64,000 nucleotides of DNA from a candidate division FCPU426 bacterium (GCA_963796105.1 CAWCKJ010000012.1:64001-128000); one strand, 5' to 3'; positions 38,112-51,202 are shown, numbered from the stretch's first letter. Program-made: numbers and translations. Notes: generated from the letters alone by a model not told the origin.

Positions 38112-38224
38112 GACAGTTTCAAGGATTAATTATTTAATTTCAACCACATAGGAAGAATGTTGGAAGGTAAAATCATTGGAAAGCCAGGGATAAAACGGTT
38201 TTAATCCATTTAGAATTACGCGGC

Positions 38225-38911
38225 TTATTCAGCCGTCAATTGCTTGAACGCCTTTGAATCCCTGACCCTTTTAAAATTCTCATCTTTTTGAACGTCTTTT
38301 TTGTACTTGGGAGAGAGAACAATGGCTTTCCTGAGCCATTGGAGCGCTTCTTTTTCCTTGCCCAGTTCGGCATAGCAACTGGCGCTATTGTAGAGCGCGC
38401 TTGAGTCTTTTGGGTCGATTTTGGACTCTTTCTGAAAGGCCGGAATGGCGTTTACAAAATCTTTCTTGCCCGCATAACAGCGTCCCAGGAAGAATTGGAG
38501 CATAGGGTCTGCGTCGTACTTGGTCCTGGCTTTTAAAAGCCAGGGAAGGGATAAATCGTATTGTTGGTGCCTGACGTAGTATTCCCCCAATAGGAAATAA
38601 AGGTTCACGAAATTGGGCGCGTTCAAAGACCTGCCTGCTTGCGCTTTTTCGAACTCGTTGTGGTATTTCGCGAAAGCCAACATGAAGGGGACTGCCTCGT
38701 TCGCTTTTCCTTCTTCCATTCGTATCAGGGTAAGGAAATAAAGGGAATCCAGGGATTTAGGATTAGTCTTCAACCTTGTCTGGCATATCAATTCCAACCG
38801 GTTATATTGCTTATCTTGAAAAAGCTTGACCATAGGAATAAACGGGTCGTCTGCCCGAACCCCAGGCACAACAAGAACAAATAGCATTAAAAACAGTAAA
38901 TATTTCCTCAT
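38225..38911 (-). CDS. Secreted TPR protein
   Basis: Signal peptide MRKYLLFL...VRA; TPRs including ALYNSASCYAELG. Confidence 0.8.
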   Translation of the reverse strand: MRKYLLFLMLFVLVVPGVRADDPFIPMVKLFQDKQYNRLELICQTRLKTNPKSLDSLYFLTLIRMEEGKANEAVPFMLAFAKYHNEFEKAQAGRSLNAPNFVNLYFLLGEYYVRHQQYDLSLPWLLKARTKYDADPMLQFFLGRCYAGKKDFVNAIPAFQKESKIDPKDSSALYNSASCYAELGKEKEALQWLRKAIVLSPKYKKDVQKDENFKRVRDSKAFKQLTAE

Positions 38912-39107
38912 AAAATCCGCCTCCGAAAGAGCTATAGAACTTAGCTTACCCAACATTAAATCAACCCCTGGTACCATAGTTAATTTAATACGAAATGGGC
39001 ACAAGTCGGAAATTAAAAAAACCGGCAATGGACATAAAAACAGATAAATCACAATAAATAATAGTTAAGGGAATTCCCAGAAGATTTTTTTGGGGAGTTA
39101 GCGGGAG

Positions 39108-39476
39108 TTACTTTTCGAGAGCAGACTGGTTAAGCGAGATATTGTGAATGACTTTTTGAATGGACCGGTCAGGCATCATGAATCGCACCCCGCAATGTGC
39201 TTTTTTGGTCCATATGATTTTTCCGTAAACTTCAACACTGCTGTCTTTCTCTGACTCGAAACTTAACTTGAGAATCGAGTTAACGTCGAAAGATTTATTA
39301 GTTTCCAGCTTTAATCCCCCTTCGCTGATATTATTGCTTTGGGCTGGAATGACCTTGTCTTGAACTTCGTAAATATTGCCGGATTTGGAAGGAAGGACTG
39401 GATAAACTTGAATGGGTTTTTGAAATTGATAACGGTCATAATGGCGTTTTTCTTGAAGATTTTCCATTAAGCCCAA
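39108..39476 (-). CDS. Stand-alone PilZ-domain protein
   Basis: EKRHYDR (RxxxR), NISEGG (D/NxSxxG), GVRF. Confidence 0.88.
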   Translation of the reverse strand: MGLMENLQEKRHYDRYQFQKPIQVYPVLPSKSGNIYEVQDKVIPAQSNNISEGGLKLETNKSFDVNSILKLSFESEKDSSVEVYGKIIWTKKAHCGVRFMMPDRSIQKVIHNISLNQSALEK

Positions 39477-39664
39477 CTCCTTGAAACCGCTCTCACCAAT
39501 ATAAGCTTATACGACACAAAGAATTATACAGTTAAACGAAAAACATTTTTCTTGAAAAATGATTTTATTGAAGATTTGGCGAAAAACGTTTTTAGGTTTT
39601 GGAACAAGAGTTTTCTTCATTCCTAAAACCAATAATGGATTTTCGAGAACAAAATGATTTTGGG

Positions 39665-42600
39665 TCAAGAACCGTTTGTCGCGAATGCTTGAAGGGATTT
39701 CACCCGGATCTCATGCTTTTTCAAAGCCTCAATCCCATTGGCCGCCGCGGCGCAGGCGGAAAGGGTCGTGATGCATGGCACGTTGTACATCACCGCGGCC
39801 CTGCGGATTTGGAAATCATCGGAGCGGGGCCCCTTGCCTGCCGGTGTGTTCATGATGAGTTGAATCCCATGGTTTTTGATCAAGTCCACGACATTGGGGC
39901 GGCCCTCAAAAACCTTTCGAACCACCGTGACCTCAATGCCGTTACTAATAAGGGAATGGGCGGTACCTTGGGTGGCCACCAGATTGAAACCCATATCCTT
40001 GAGCCGCTTGGCGATAAAGATAACCGAGCGTTTGTCCTTGTTCTTGACGGAGACGAACACCGTCCCTTTGAGGGGCAGGGCCGAATTGGCCGCCATCTGG
40101 CTTTTGGCGAAAGCCATTCCAAAATCCTGGTCGATCCCCATAACCTCCCCGGTGGATTTCATCTCGGGACCCAGCACCGTGTCCACTCCCGGGAACCGAT
40201 TGAACGGAAACACAGATTCCTTGACCGCGACATGGTTCATGTATGAAACCTCTTTGAGTTTCAAGGATGTCAGGGATTTTCCCGCCATAAGCCGGGCCGC
40301 GACTTTGGCCCAGGGCGTGCCGGTCGCCTTGGAAACAAAAGGCACGGTCCGGGACGCGCGGGGATTCACCTCAAGAACATAAACCATGTCGTTCTTGATG
40401 GCGTATTGCACGTTCATGAGGCCCTTGACCTTGAGGGCCAGTGCCATTTCCTTCGTGTACTTGCGGATGGTCCCGATTTGGTCCTCCCTCAGGGTATAGG
40501 GAGGGATCACGCAAGCGGAGTCCCCTGAATGGATGCCAGCCTCCTCGATATGTTCCATGATGCCGGCAATAAGCGCCTCCTTCCCATCGCAAACACAATC
40601 CACATCCACCTCGATGGCGTCCTCCAGGAAATGGTCGATCAGGATTGGAAGGTTGGGAGCCGCCTCTGCCGCCCTCGCCACGAAATCATCAAGCATAGAC
40701 TCATCAAAAACTATCTCCATGGCCCTTCCGCCCAGTACATAGGATGGTCTTACCATGACGGGATAACCGACCTTCCGCGCGACCGGCATGGCTTCCTTGA
40801 CGTTCATGGCGATTCCATTGTCAGGCTGACGGATCTTGAGCCTTCTCAAAAGGTTCCCGAAAAGCCTGCGATCCTCCGCCATATCAATGGAGTCCGGCGA
40901 TGTGCCGATGATGGGAGCGCCGGCCTTTTTCAAGGGAACCGCAAGTTTAAGGGGGGTCTGGCCCCCGAACTGGACAATAACACCCTTGGGATGCTCCCGG
41001 TCCAGGATGTTCATGACATCCTCAAAGGTCAGCGGCTCGAAATACAACCGGTTGGAAGTGTCATAGTCCGTGGAGACGGTTTCAGGATTATTGTTGATCA
41101 TGATGACTTCATGACCGTCTTCCTTGAGAGCGAAAGCCCCGTGAACACAACAATAATCAAACTCGATTCCCTGCCCGATACGGTTGGGACCACCGCCCAG
41201 GATCACGATTTTCTCCGCTTGGGACGGGGCCGCCTCAGGGTCTCCGCCCAGGAAAGAGGAACGGCCGACCTCGTAAGTAGAGTAAAGATAGGGGGTAAAG
41301 GCCTCGAACTCCGCAGCGCAGGTATCGACCATCTTGTAAACCGGAATGATCTTGAGCGACTTGCGGTACTTGCGAACTTCTGTTTCCTTGATCCCGCATA
41401 AAAAGGACAGTTGCTGGTCCGAAAAACCCATGGCCTTCGCCCGGCGCAATAGGTCTTCCGGCAGTTTAGTTTTCAGTTTTCCTTTGCGTGATGTCGTCTT
41501 TTCCAATTCCTTCTCAAGATCCACGATATCCTTGAGCTCGTTCAAGAACCAGGGATCTATAGCCGTCAGTTTGTAAATTCTCTCCACTTCATAACCCTGT
41601 AACAGGGCTTGTCGCACAAAAAAGTGCCGTTGAGAAGTTGGTTTGCGCAGCTGGGCATCCAAGAGATCATGCGGCAAGTGCTTGGGTTTTCGGGAGCCCG
41701 TCTTCTGCCAACGGCCTTCCTTGTACTCGCTACCGTCAGCCCCTAAGCCGATAGTCCCTGTTTCCATGGAGCGCAGGGCCTTCTGGTAGCTTTCCTTGAA
41801 AGTTCTCCCGATGGACATTGTCTCACCCACGCTTTTCATCTGGGTGTTCAGGATATCCTCCGCCTCGACGAACTTCTCGAAGGTGAAGCGGGGAATCTTA
41901 GTCACGACGTAGTCGATGGTTGGCTCGAAAGCGGCCTTGGTGTATCTAGTAATGTCATTGAATATCTCATCCAGCGTGTATCCTACCGCGAGTTTGGCCG
42001 CGATCTTAGCGATGGGAAAACCCGTGGCCTTTGAGGCCAGGGCCGATGAACGGGACACGCGAGGGTTCATCTCGATCATGACCATCCGCCCAGTCTTGGG
42101 GTCCACTCCAAACTGGATGTTGGACCCGCCTGTGTCCACGCCGATTTCCCGGATACAGGCGATGGAGGCGTCCCTCATGCGCTGATATTCCTTGTCGGTC
42201 AAGGTCTGGGCGGGCGCCACCGTGACCGAGTCGCCCGTATGGATGCCCATGGGGTCCATGTTCTCGATGGAGCAGATAATGACCACGTTGTCCTTGAGGT
42301 CGCGCATGACCTCCATCTCGTATTCTTTCCATCCCAACACGGACTCTTCCACCAGGCACTGATGGATTGGAGAAAGATCCAGGCCCTTAGCCAAACTTTC
42401 CTCGAACTCCTGTCGGTTGTAGGCGATCCCCCCTCCAGTGCCGCCTAGCGTGAAAGCGGGCCGGATGACAACTGGGTATCCATTTTCCTCAGCAAATCCC
42501 AATCCTTCTTCCAAGTTCTTGACTGTGAGGGATTCCGGTAAATCCAATCCTATCTTCAGCATAGCTTCCTTAAAAAGCTGCCGGTCCTCTGCCTTTTTGA

Positions 42601-42967
42601 TGGCCGCCAAATTGGCACCGATCAACTCGACCTTGAACTCGTTCAGGGTGCCGTTTTCCGCGAGGGCTACCGCCGTATTTAGGGCCGTCTGTCCGCCTAA
42701 AGTTGGCAAAAGCGCGTTGGGGCGCTCTTTTTCGATGATTTTTCTGACGATTTCAGGGGTAATTGGCTCCACATAAGTCTGGTGGGCGAATTCCGGATCG
42801 GTCATGATGGTGGCTGGGTTCGAATTGATGAGGATAACCTCAAAGCCCTCTTCTTTCAGGGCTTTGCATCCTTGGGTTCCTGAATAGTCAAATTCGCAGG
42901 CCTGCCCGATGATGATGGGCCCCGCCCCGATGACCATGATTTTTTTAATGTCGGTACGTTTAGGCAT
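39665..42967 (-). CDS. carB: Carbamoyl-phosphate synthase large subunit
   Basis: [17 protein letters not shown], duplicated ATP-grasp, MGS domain. Confidence 0.99.
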   Translation of the reverse strand: MPKRTDIKKIMVIGAGPIIIGQACEFDYSGTQGCKALKEEGFEVILINSNPATIMTDPEFAHQTYVEPITPEIVRKIIEKERPNALLPTLGGQTALNTAVALAENGTLNEFKVELIGANLAAIKKAEDRQLFKEAMLKIGLDLPESLTVKNLEEGLGFAEENGYPVVIRPAFTLGGTGGGIAYNRQEFEESLAKGLDLSPIHQCLVEESVLGWKEYEMEVMRDLKDNVVIICSIENMDPMGIHTGDSVTVAPAQTLTDKEYQRMRDASIACIREIGVDTGGSNIQFGVDPKTGRMVMIEMNPRVSRSSALASKATGFPIAKIAAKLAVGYTLDEIFNDITRYTKAAFEPTIDYVVTKIPRFTFEKFVEAEDILNTQMKSVGETMSIGRTFKESYQKALRSMETGTIGLGADGSEYKEGRWQKTGSRKPKHLPHDLLDAQLRKPTSQRHFFVRQALLQGYEVERIYKLTAIDPWFLNELKDIVDLEKELEKTTSRKGKLKTKLPEDLLRRAKAMGFSDQQLSFLCGIKETEVRKYRKSLKIIPVYKMVDTCAAEFEAFTPYLYSTYEVGRSSFLGGDPEAAPSQAEKIVILGGGPNRIGQGIEFDYCCVHGAFALKEDGHEVIMINNNPETVSTDYDTSNRLYFEPLTFEDVMNILDREHPKGVIVQFGGQTPLKLAVPLKKAGAPIIGTSPDSIDMAEDRRLFGNLLRRLKIRQPDNGIAMNVKEAMPVARKVGYPVMVRPSYVLGGRAMEIVFDESMLDDFVARAAEAAPNLPILIDHFLEDAIEVDVDCVCDGKEALIAGIMEHIEEAGIHSGDSACVIPPYTLREDQIGTIRKYTKEMALALKVKGLMNVQYAIKNDMVYVLEVNPRASRTVPFVSKATGTPWAKVAARLMAGKSLTSLKLKEVSYMNHVAVKESVFPFNRFPGVDTVLGPEMKSTGEVMGIDQDFGMAFAKSQMAANSALPLKGTVFVSVKNKDKRSVIFIAKRLKDMGFNLVATQGTAHSLISNGIEVTVVRKVFEGRPNVVDLIKNHGIQLIMNTPAGKGPRSDDFQIRRAAVMYNVPCITTLSACAAAANGIEALKKHEIRVKSLQAFATNGS

Positions 42968-42984
42968 TATTCCTCTTCAATGAA

Positions 42985-44184
42985 TCAACTGTTTTTTTCC
43001 ACTAACTCCCTGAACTGCTTGAACAAGTAACTCGAATCGTGCGGACCCGGCGAAGCCTCCGGGTGGTATTGAACGCTGAAAACCGGCTTGTTAATCATTT
43101 CCATCCCCTCGCTGGTGTTATCGCTCAAGTTGATGTGGGTGGTGATCACCTCATGCAGGTCTAAGCTCTCGTTCTCGACGCAAAACCCGTGGTTTTGGCT
43201 GGTGATTTCCACCTTTCGGGTAATATTGTTGATGACCGGCTGGTTGGCCCCGCGGTGCCCAAATTTAAGCTTGTAGGTCTTCCCGCCCATGGCCAATCCC
43301 AAAATCTGGTGCCCAAGGCAAATACCGAATATGGGAATGTTTTTTTTGATCAACTCCCTCACCGTATCAATGACGTAAGGCACGCCTTCCGGGTCTCCAG
43401 GACCGTTGGAAAGAAACACGCCCCGAACCCCTCCGCCGAGCACCGTCTCGACATTGACGGTAGCAGGATGCACTTGCACCTCAAATCCCTGGGCCGTAAG
43501 TTTGCGCAATATGTTGTACTTGATCCCGCAATCCAACGCCGCGATCTTGATTTTAGGTCCATCAGGTTCAGGCTTTTGGGAATGCATCTGCACGAGCAAA
43601 TCCCCTTGCTGGGCCTTTTCCGCTTCTTTGACATTGGAGGAGGAATCCAGGTTGTAGGGCAATTCGGTCCAACGGTAGGGTTTTTCGCATGTGACTTCCT
43701 TCACTAAATCCCTGCCGATCAAACCCTGGCTGTCCTTGGCCTGCTTGATGAGTTTCTTCGGATCCAATTCGTTTGTGGAAAGAACCCCTTTTTTGGCGCC
43801 GAATTGGCGCAAGTGGGCTGTTAATGCCCTGGTGTCGATCCCCTCAATTCCGATGATGTTGTTCTTTTTCAAGTAATCGGAAAGAGAAGTGGCCATACGG
43901 TAATTGGAGGGGTGCTTACAATATTCCCGCACCACGAAACCCTCGACAAATGGCTTGCGGGACTCGATATCCACCTGGTTCACACCGGTATTGCCGATCA
44001 TGGGATAGGTCATCGTAACAATTTGGCCCTTATAGGAAGGATCTGTTAGGACTTCCTGGTAGCCCGTCATGGCGGTATTGAATACCACTTCCCCAAAGGA
44101 CTTGCTGTCGGCCCCAAATGATTGGCCCTCAAACCAGGTGCCGTCCTCAAGCGCCAGTACTGCTTTTTTTATTTTGTTCGCCAT
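42985..44184 (-). CDS. carA: Carbamoyl-phosphate synthase small subunit
   Basis: GEVVFNT, SNGPGDP, GICLGHQ, QYHPEASPGP. Confidence 0.98.
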   Translation of the reverse strand: MANKIKKAVLALEDGTWFEGQSFGADSKSFGEVVFNTAMTGYQEVLTDPSYKGQIVTMTYPMIGNTGVNQVDIESRKPFVEGFVVREYCKHPSNYRMATSLSDYLKKNNIIGIEGIDTRALTAHLRQFGAKKGVLSTNELDPKKLIKQAKDSQGLIGRDLVKEVTCEKPYRWTELPYNLDSSSNVKEAEKAQQGDLLVQMHSQKPEPDGPKIKIAALDCGIKYNILRKLTAQGFEVQVHPATVNVETVLGGGVRGVFLSNGPGDPEGVPYVIDTVRELIKKNIPIFGICLGHQILGLAMGGKTYKLKFGHRGANQPVINNITRKVEITSQNHGFCVENESLDLHEVITTHINLSDNTSEGMEMINKPVFSVQYHPEASPGPHDSSYLFKQFRELVEKNS

Positions 44185-44187
44185 TCC

Positions 44188-45474
44188 TTAATTTTCCGCC
44201 TGATATTTGATTTCACCGCTCACGATTGTCATCACAGCCCATCCCCTAAGATTCCATCCGTTGAAGGGCGTGTTTCGTCCCCGGCTCTTGAATTGATTTG
44301 CATCCACTTTCTTTTCAGTTTTAATGTCGAACAAAGTCACGTCCGCGTCCGCCCCTTCCGACAAAGTTCCCTTATTGATCCCGATAATCCTGGAGGGTGC
44401 CAGGGTCAAAAGCTCGACAGCCCTTGAAAGAGTGATCACTCCCGGCTCCACGAGGTGGCTGATAGTCAACGGAAAAAGGGTTTCCAACCCAACAATCCCG
44501 AATGAGGCCTCGTCGAACTCGCATAGCTTCTCGGTAGAGGCGTGGGGTGCGTGGTCGGTAGCGATGCAATCAATGACCCCTTCCTTCAAACCCCTTCGAA
44601 TGGCCGCCACATCCTCCTCCCCCCTGAGGGGCGGGTTCATCTTGAAGTTAGTGTTGTAATTCTTGATGGACTTGTCGGAAAGGGTCCAGTAATGGGGCGC
44701 TGTCTCAGCCGTCACCTTGAGGCCTTTTTTCTTGGCCTGCCGCACAAGTTCCACAGATCCGGCCGTGGATAAATGAGCCACGTGGAATTTAGCCCCTGTC
44801 ATCTCCGCCAGGAGGATGTTCCTGGCCACCATGACGGTCTCGGAGGCGGCTGGTATGCCCCTCAGGCCCAGCAGGGTCGAGGCTAAACCCTCATTCATGA
44901 CTCCGTTGTGGGAAAGATTAGAGTCCTCGCAGTGATCAATAATAACTAGGTCAAGCATCTTGCAGTATTCCATGGCCCGGCGCATGAGTTCCGCGTTCAT
45001 GACAGGCGCCCCGTCGTCGGAAAGCCCGACAACCCCCGCCCTTTTTAGCTCGCCCAATTCCGCCATTTCAGCCCCTTCCCGGCGTTTGGAGATGCAACCG
45101 ATGGGAAAAACATGGCAATGGCCTTCCTTCTCAGCCTTGGCCACGATGAGATCCACCATCGCTTGGTCGTCGATAGGGGGATTGGTGTTAGGCATGCAGG
45201 CGACCGAGGTGACTCCTCCCGCAACCGCGGCAAGAGTCCCCGTGGCTATGGTTTCCTTGTATTCGAAGCCTGGTTCTCTTAAATGGGTATGGATATCCAC
45301 TAAACCCGGAGTGACGATTTTCCCTTTGGCGTTCAGAGTCCTGTCCGCCTTCACTTTTATGGATTTACCCACTTTCGCGATTGAGCCATCCTTGAGGAAA
45401 ACATCAAACTGGCCGTCCAATTGGTTGGCCGGATCTATGACATGGCCGCCGCTGATTAATATGCTTTTGCTCAT
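44188..45474 (-). CDS. pyrC: Dihydroorotase
   Basis: DIHTHLREPG, MPNTNP, KMNPPLR, ATDHAPH. Confidence 0.97.
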   Translation of the reverse strand: MSKSILISGGHVIDPANQLDGQFDVFLKDGSIAKVGKSIKVKADRTLNAKGKIVTPGLVDIHTHLREPGFEYKETIATGTLAAVAGGVTSVACMPNTNPPIDDQAMVDLIVAKAEKEGHCHVFPIGCISKRREGAEMAELGELKRAGVVGLSDDGAPVMNAELMRRAMEYCKMLDLVIIDHCEDSNLSHNGVMNEGLASTLLGLRGIPAASETVMVARNILLAEMTGAKFHVAHLSTAGSVELVRQAKKKGLKVTAETAPHYWTLSDKSIKNYNTNFKMNPPLRGEEDVAAIRRGLKEGVIDCIATDHAPHASTEKLCEFDEASFGIVGLETLFPLTISHLVEPGVITLSRAVELLTLAPSRIIGINKGTLSEGADADVTLFDIKTEKKVDANQFKSRGRNTPFNGWNLRGWAVMTIVSGEIKYQAEN

Positions 45475-45504
45475 TTGAAATCACGCACTTTCATTGAACA
45501 TTTG

Positions 45505-46446
45505 TTATCCATCAGTTTTCATTTCCCTTTGCTCTCCCTGAAGCAGATAAAGCACCGCCATTCGGACCGCAACCCCGTTTGTGACTTGGTCGTCGATAAC
45601 GGAAGAAGGACCATCCGCAACGCCTGAGGAGATTTCTACGCCCCGGTTCATGGGCCCTGGGTGCATGACGATCGCGTCCTTCTTGGCCCTTTTCAGCCTC
45701 TCGGTGTTGACTCCGTAAAGCATGGAATATTCCCGAATGGTCGGAAAAAGGTTGCTCTTTTGCCTCTCCAACTGCAATCGCAGGACGTAAACCACATCCG
45801 CCCCTTCCAGGGCCTTATTCAGGTCCCAGAAAACCTCCACGCCCATTTTCTCGATGCCCATGGGGATCAAGGTGGGCGGTCCGCAAAGACGGACCTTGGC
45901 GCCCAAGCGCGTAAGCCCGTAGATATCCGATCGGGCCACGCGACTATGGGTGATATCCCCGATAATCGTCACGGTCAATCCCCTGATGGAACCTTTGTGT
46001 TCCCGGATGGTGAAAAGATCCAGGAGTCCCTGGGTGGGATGCTCATGGGCGCCATCCCCCGCGTTGACGACCGAAGCCTGGGTCACATCAGCCAGCATTC
46101 GGGGAACACCCGAACATTTGTGGCGGACGACCAAGGCGTCGATAGTCATGGACTCAAGTGTCTTCAAGGTGTCAATCAAAGTTTCCCCTTTCACCAGGGA
46201 AGATGCAGATGTTTGGACATTGATGATATCCGCTGAAAGCCTTTTGGCAGCCAACTCAAAGGAAGTGCGGGTGCGGGTGGAGGGTTCGTGAAAAAATAGG
46301 ACCACCGTACGGCCACGAAGGGCCGGGACTTTCTTGACCGAACGAGTGGAAACTTCCTTGAAGGAAGCGGCCGTGTCAAGAATGTGGACCATATCCGCGG
46401 CGGAAAGCTCCTCCAACGTCAGCAGGTCCTTGGATTTCCAGCTCAT
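45505..46446 (-). CDS. pyrB: Aspartate carbamoyltransferase catalytic subunit
   Basis: [29 protein letters not shown]. Confidence 0.98.
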   Translation of the reverse strand: MSWKSKDLLTLEELSAADMVHILDTAASFKEVSTRSVKKVPALRGRTVVLFFHEPSTRTRTSFELAAKRLSADIINVQTSASSLVKGETLIDTLKTLESMTIDALVVRHKCSGVPRMLADVTQASVVNAGDGAHEHPTQGLLDLFTIREHKGSIRGLTVTIIGDITHSRVARSDIYGLTRLGAKVRLCGPPTLIPMGIEKMGVEVFWDLNKALEGADVVYVLRLQLERQKSNLFPTIREYSMLYGVNTERLKRAKKDAIVMHPGPMNRGVEISSGVADGPSSVIDDQVTNGVAVRMAVLYLLQGEQREMKTDG

Positions 46447-46472
46447 CGATGATCCTTCCGGTTTTTCATGAA

Positions 46473-47018
46473 CTATTCCTTCTCCGCTATGACGACCTCG
46501 TCCTTTCCGTCCTTTTCCTTTACATGAACCAGAACCTCCTCCCGCAGGGAGGAAGGTATGTTTTTACCAACGTAATCGGCGTTGATGGGGAATTCCCGAT
46601 GGCCCCGGTCCACCAGCACAGCCAGCCGGATCGCAATGGGTCTTCCAAAATCAATGATCTGGTCCAAGGCCGCGCGAACACTCCGCCCGGTATGGAGCAC
46701 ATCATCCACAAGGATAACTTTCTTGTTGTTCACGTCAAAGGGAAGGTGGGTGGCTTCCGGAGCCTTTTCCGGTTTATGGATGCCCGCATCGTCGCGGTAA
46801 AAGGTGATATCCAGCGCCCCGCAGGGCACCTCAGTCCCTTCGATAGATTTAAGTTTGGCGGCCAACCGCTCAGCCAGAATTTCACCGCGGCTACGAATCC
46901 CGATAAGGACGAGGTTTTGGATGCCTTTGTTTCGCTCCAGGATCTCATGGGCAATGCGGGTCAAGGCCCGGTCCATATCGCTTGCCTCAAGAACAACAGT
47001 TTTAACTTTCGAGGTCAT
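46473..47018 (-). CDS. pyrR: Pyrimidine operon regulator / uracil phosphoribosyltransferase PyrR
   Basis: [35 protein letters not shown]. Confidence 0.97.
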   Translation of the reverse strand: MTSKVKTVVLEASDMDRALTRIAHEILERNKGIQNLVLIGIRSRGEILAERLAAKLKSIEGTEVPCGALDITFYRDDAGIHKPEKAPEATHLPFDVNNKKVILVDDVLHTGRSVRAALDQIIDFGRPIAIRLAVLVDRGHREFPINADYVGKNIPSSLREEVLVHVKEKDGKDEVVIAEKE

Positions 47019-47077
47019 GAGAACCCCCCGATTGCTTTATTAAATCGCTATTTTTGAACTGGAAAATTGAAGGGGAC

Positions 47078-47115
47078 AAAAAAAATCCCGGGCCACCCGG
47101 ATAGGGTGTTCGGGA
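47078..47115 (-). terminator. Attenuator terminator in the pyrR leader
   Basis: TCCCGAACACCC...GGGTGGCCCGGGA followed by T8 on the minus strand. Confidence 0.8.
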
Positions 47116-47152
47116 CAAGTGAAAACATAGTGCGATTTTATTCATCTTTTTT

Positions 47153-47184
47153 CCTTTGGGGACTCTCTGGACCCCGATTAAAGG
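47153..47184 (-). promoter_or_regulatory. PyrR-binding loop (RNA cis element)
   Basis: Minus strand CCTTTAA-TCGGGGTCCAGAGAGTCCCC-AAAGG resembles the CUUUAA...RGUCCNGNGAG...AAAGG consensus. Confidence 0.88.
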
Positions 47185-47201
47185 CACATCAACCGATTTG
47201 A

Positions 47202-47229
47202 ATTATAGTTTTTTTCAATCGAGTGTCAA
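47202..47229 (-). promoter_or_regulatory. Sigma70 promoter of the pyr operon
   Basis: TTGACA-N16-TATAAT on the minus strand just upstream of the PyrR loop. Confidence 0.8.
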
Positions 47230-47293
47230 GTCACAAACCATCTTAAACATTTTTCCGGAAAGGTTTTTAAAAGAAGACGCGCGAATCGAAGAA

Positions 47294-48397
47294 TCAATTC
47301 AACGTCTGCCTAAACCGGCTGGCGCTCAAGGTGACCGCGAAAACAGCCATGAGGCACAAAGCCCCCACGTTGATCAGAACCAGGCCCGGATCACCTCCCT
47401 TGAGCATGATGTTCCTCAACAGCGCTACGAAATACATGAGCGGGTCCAGGTATGCGACCGGCTTCAGCATCCAAGGCATGTTTTCGACCGGAAAAATAAG
47501 GCCGGAAAGCTGTAACGCGGGGAAAATGAAAAGAAACCCCCCCATGGCGGTCTGCCTCATGTTCCGGGTGAAGGTGGACAGCAAAACCCCCAGGCTCACC
47601 GTGTTGCACACGAAAGCCAGGGACGCCACCAGGAGCATCCAAAGCGGTCCCCGCATGGGTATCCTGAACCCAAAAACCGCCACCGCCAGCACCAGAAGCA
47701 TGTCGACCATCCCAATGATCATGAAAGGTACAGTTTTCCCCAGGAGGATCTCATAAACCTTGGCGGGGGAAGCGATTAGGGTCTCGAAGGTTCCCAGTTC
47801 CTTTTCCCGGGAAATGGCCGCCCCGGTAATGATAATGGTGATAATCACGAGGATCATGCACAACACCCCCGGAACCATGAAAAGGGGAGTCTCCATTTCC
47901 GGGTTATAAAGATACCGCACAGAAAAACTCACGGGCGGGGTCGGCGCGGAACCCTGTTTCTCGGCCGCCACCTGGTTGGCGATAGCCTGGATATAGGATT
48001 CGATACTTTGGGCCTTCACGATATTGGCGGCGTCCACCAAGAGCTGAATCCTTCCGTCCCCCCTTCCCAGGGCCCTGTTCAATCCCCCCTCCGGTGCCAG
48101 GAGGACCGCGTCAGCCGCGCCCGTTTGGATGAGCTTGAATGGATCCCCTTCCCTCCTCGTGGCGGGAATGAACCATCCGGAACCGTAACAATGCTCCTCG
48201 ATCCTCCGGCATAGGGTATCTTCGGGCTTATAGACCGCGGCCAGCTTGACGTTTCGGGTCTCAGTGGAGATGGCCAGGCCGAAGAGGGTGAGCTGTATGA
48301 CTGGCATGACGAACAGGATCATCCTGAGGCGCTTCTCCCTCCAGGTCTGAATCATCTCCTTGCGGATGAAACCCAGGACGACGGGGTTAGCCCTCAT
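47294..48397 (-). CDS. ABC-2 permease (YbhR-like)
   Basis: RYLYNP, MVPG, REKELGTFETL, LSGLIFPVENMP. Confidence 0.9.
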   Translation of the reverse strand: MRANPVVLGFIRKEMIQTWREKRLRMILFVMPVIQLTLFGLAISTETRNVKLAAVYKPEDTLCRRIEEHCYGSGWFIPATRREGDPFKLIQTGAADAVLLAPEGGLNRALGRGDGRIQLLVDAANIVKAQSIESYIQAIANQVAAEKQGSAPTPPVSFSVRYLYNPEMETPLFMVPGVLCMILVIITIIITGAAISREKELGTFETLIASPAKVYEILLGKTVPFMIIGMVDMLLVLAVAVFGFRIPMRGPLWMLLVASLAFVCNTVSLGVLLSTFTRNMRQTAMGGFLFIFPALQLSGLIFPVENMPWMLKPVAYLDPLMYFVALLRNIMLKGGDPGLVLINVGALCLMAVFAVTLSASRFRQTLN

Positions 48398-49515
48398 GGT
48401 TCCACGTCCTTTTTAAACTTTCTCGTGGCCACGGTGATGAAAACCACGTCCATGAAAAAAAGCACCAACAAGGGTACCGCCAGGTCGGCTAAACTGTTAC
48501 CCCTTAGGAACAATCCCCTCATGACTTGCATGAACCATCGGGCCGGAAAGATCATGGTGAAACACCGGAAAAAGGTGTTCATGTTCTCAATCGGGAAAAT
48601 GAACCCCGAAAGAAGCAGGGAGGGCAGCATGCCAGCTATCAGGGAGAATTGGATGGCCGTGAGCTGGTGCCGTGTGGTCACCGAGATGAAAAGGCCCAGC
48701 GCCATGCCGGCTGCCAGGAACAGCATGGTCCCCAAAAGTAATAAAAGGTTGCTTCCGACAAAGGGGACGCCGAAAAGTAGGCGGCCTGCCAGGTAAATGA
48801 GGGCCTGGGCGATGAGTCCCAACGCCAAGTAGGGCGCGAGCTTGCCCATGATAATCTCCAGGGGATGCACGGGGGTGGAAAGAAGCAATTCCATGGACCC
48901 GTTTTCCCATTCCCGTGCCACGGTGATGGCGGTCAGCATGATGGCCAGTATGGCCAGAACCACCACGGACAAACCCGGCACCGTGAACCATCGGCTGTTG
49001 AGTTCGGGATTGAAAAGGTATCTTGTCTGAACCTGGATGGGTGGCCTCATTTTCTTCCCGGCCAAACGTTCGGTGGCCGCCAGTTGGATTCCGTTCAGGT
49101 ACCCCCCGATGATGCCGGCCGTGGAGTTGTCCGATCCGTCCACCAGTACCTGCGCGGTCGCGGTACCTTTTTTAGCCAGGTCCCGCCCAAAATTCGGCTC
49201 GATGAAAAGCGCAGCCTTGGCCTCCTGGGAGTCCAGGCTTTTGGCCGGGTTGGCCGGCAGGTTTTCGAGATAAACTTTGAAATATCCCGAGCATTGGAAC
49301 AATTCGGCCAATTGGCGGGAGGCGCGGCTTTTGTCCTGGTCGTAAATAGTGATATGGATGTCGTGAACGTTGAAATCCATGGCATAGCCGAAGAAAAGCA
49401 CCATGATCATAGGCAGCCCGAGGGCCAGCCCCAGCGTGAAAGGGTCCCTCACGATATGGCGGACCTCTTTCACCGCGATGGAATAAGCTCTTCTAAAGTT
49501 GATAGTGTTCGCCAT
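48394..49515 (-). CDS. ABC-2 permease (YbhS-like)
   Basis: FNPEL.S, AREWENGSMELL, LSGFIFPI. Confidence 0.9.
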   Translation of the reverse strand: MANTINFRRAYSIAVKEVRHIVRDPFTLGLALGLPMIMVLFFGYAMDFNVHDIHITIYDQDKSRASRQLAELFQCSGYFKVYLENLPANPAKSLDSQEAKAALFIEPNFGRDLAKKGTATAQVLVDGSDNSTAGIIGGYLNGIQLAATERLAGKKMRPPIQVQTRYLFNPELNSRWFTVPGLSVVVLAILAIMLTAITVAREWENGSMELLLSTPVHPLEIIMGKLAPYLALGLIAQALIYLAGRLLFGVPFVGSNLLLLLGTMLFLAAGMALGLFISVTTRHQLTAIQFSLIAGMLPSLLLSGFIFPIENMNTFFRCFTMIFPARWFMQVMRGLFLRGNSLADLAVPLLVLFFMDVVFITVATRKFKKDVEP

Positions 49516-49518
49516 CTC

Positions 49519-50429
<911 letters not shown>

Positions 50430-50433
<4 letters not shown>

Positions 50434-51161
50434 GCCGTCACCCCCGCGTGCCTCAGGAACAATTCCTCGAAGCTGAGCATGCCCTCTGCCTGAAGCACAG
50501 AGGCCGGCTCGCCGGTAGCCAGCAGGCTCCCCTTTTCCATGAGATGCACCCGGTCGCACCTCTCGGCCTCGTCCATGTAAGCCGTCGTGATGATGATGAG
50601 GATTCCCTGGTCGCGCAGCCTATAAAGCAACTCCCAGAATTCCCTCCGGCTGATGGGGTCCACCCCCGTGGTGGGCTCGTCCAGCATCATGGCGTTGGGC
50701 GACTGCAATAGCGCGCACATGAGACCCAGTTTCTTGTACATGCCGCCCGAGAGCTGGCCCGCGGGGCGGTCCTTGAACTTTTCCAGGCGCGTGATATTCA
50801 TCAGTTCCGCGCGGCGCTCCCGGTAAACGGGCGCGGAGATCTGGTACAGGTCCCGGAAGAAATCCAGGTGCTCGGAAATGGAAAGATCCGCGTACAGGCT
50901 TTGCATTTGCGGCATGTAGGCCATTTGTGGCCGGACCTGGGCGAAAGTCGTGGGTTTCCCACCCTCCAAGTAGGTTATCTGGCCCTGGTCGGGCTTCAAT
51001 AGTCCCACCAGCAAGCGCAACAAGGTGGTTTTGCCCGACCCCTCTGGTCCGATGAGACCGTGCAGGAGGGACGGATCGAACGACAGGCTGACGCCGTTCA
51101 GGGCGTGGTTGGGGCCCATATTTTTTTTAATGTTATCAACCTTGATGCTTATATTTCCCAA
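50430..51161 (-). CDS. ABC ATP-binding protein (similar to YbhF N-terminal half)
   Basis: GPEGSGKTT, LSGGM, LDEPTTGVDPISRREFW. Confidence 0.92.
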
Positions 51162-51202
51162 CCCTATCTCCCTTATGGAAAATCGTTAAAATGATAACTT
51201 AC

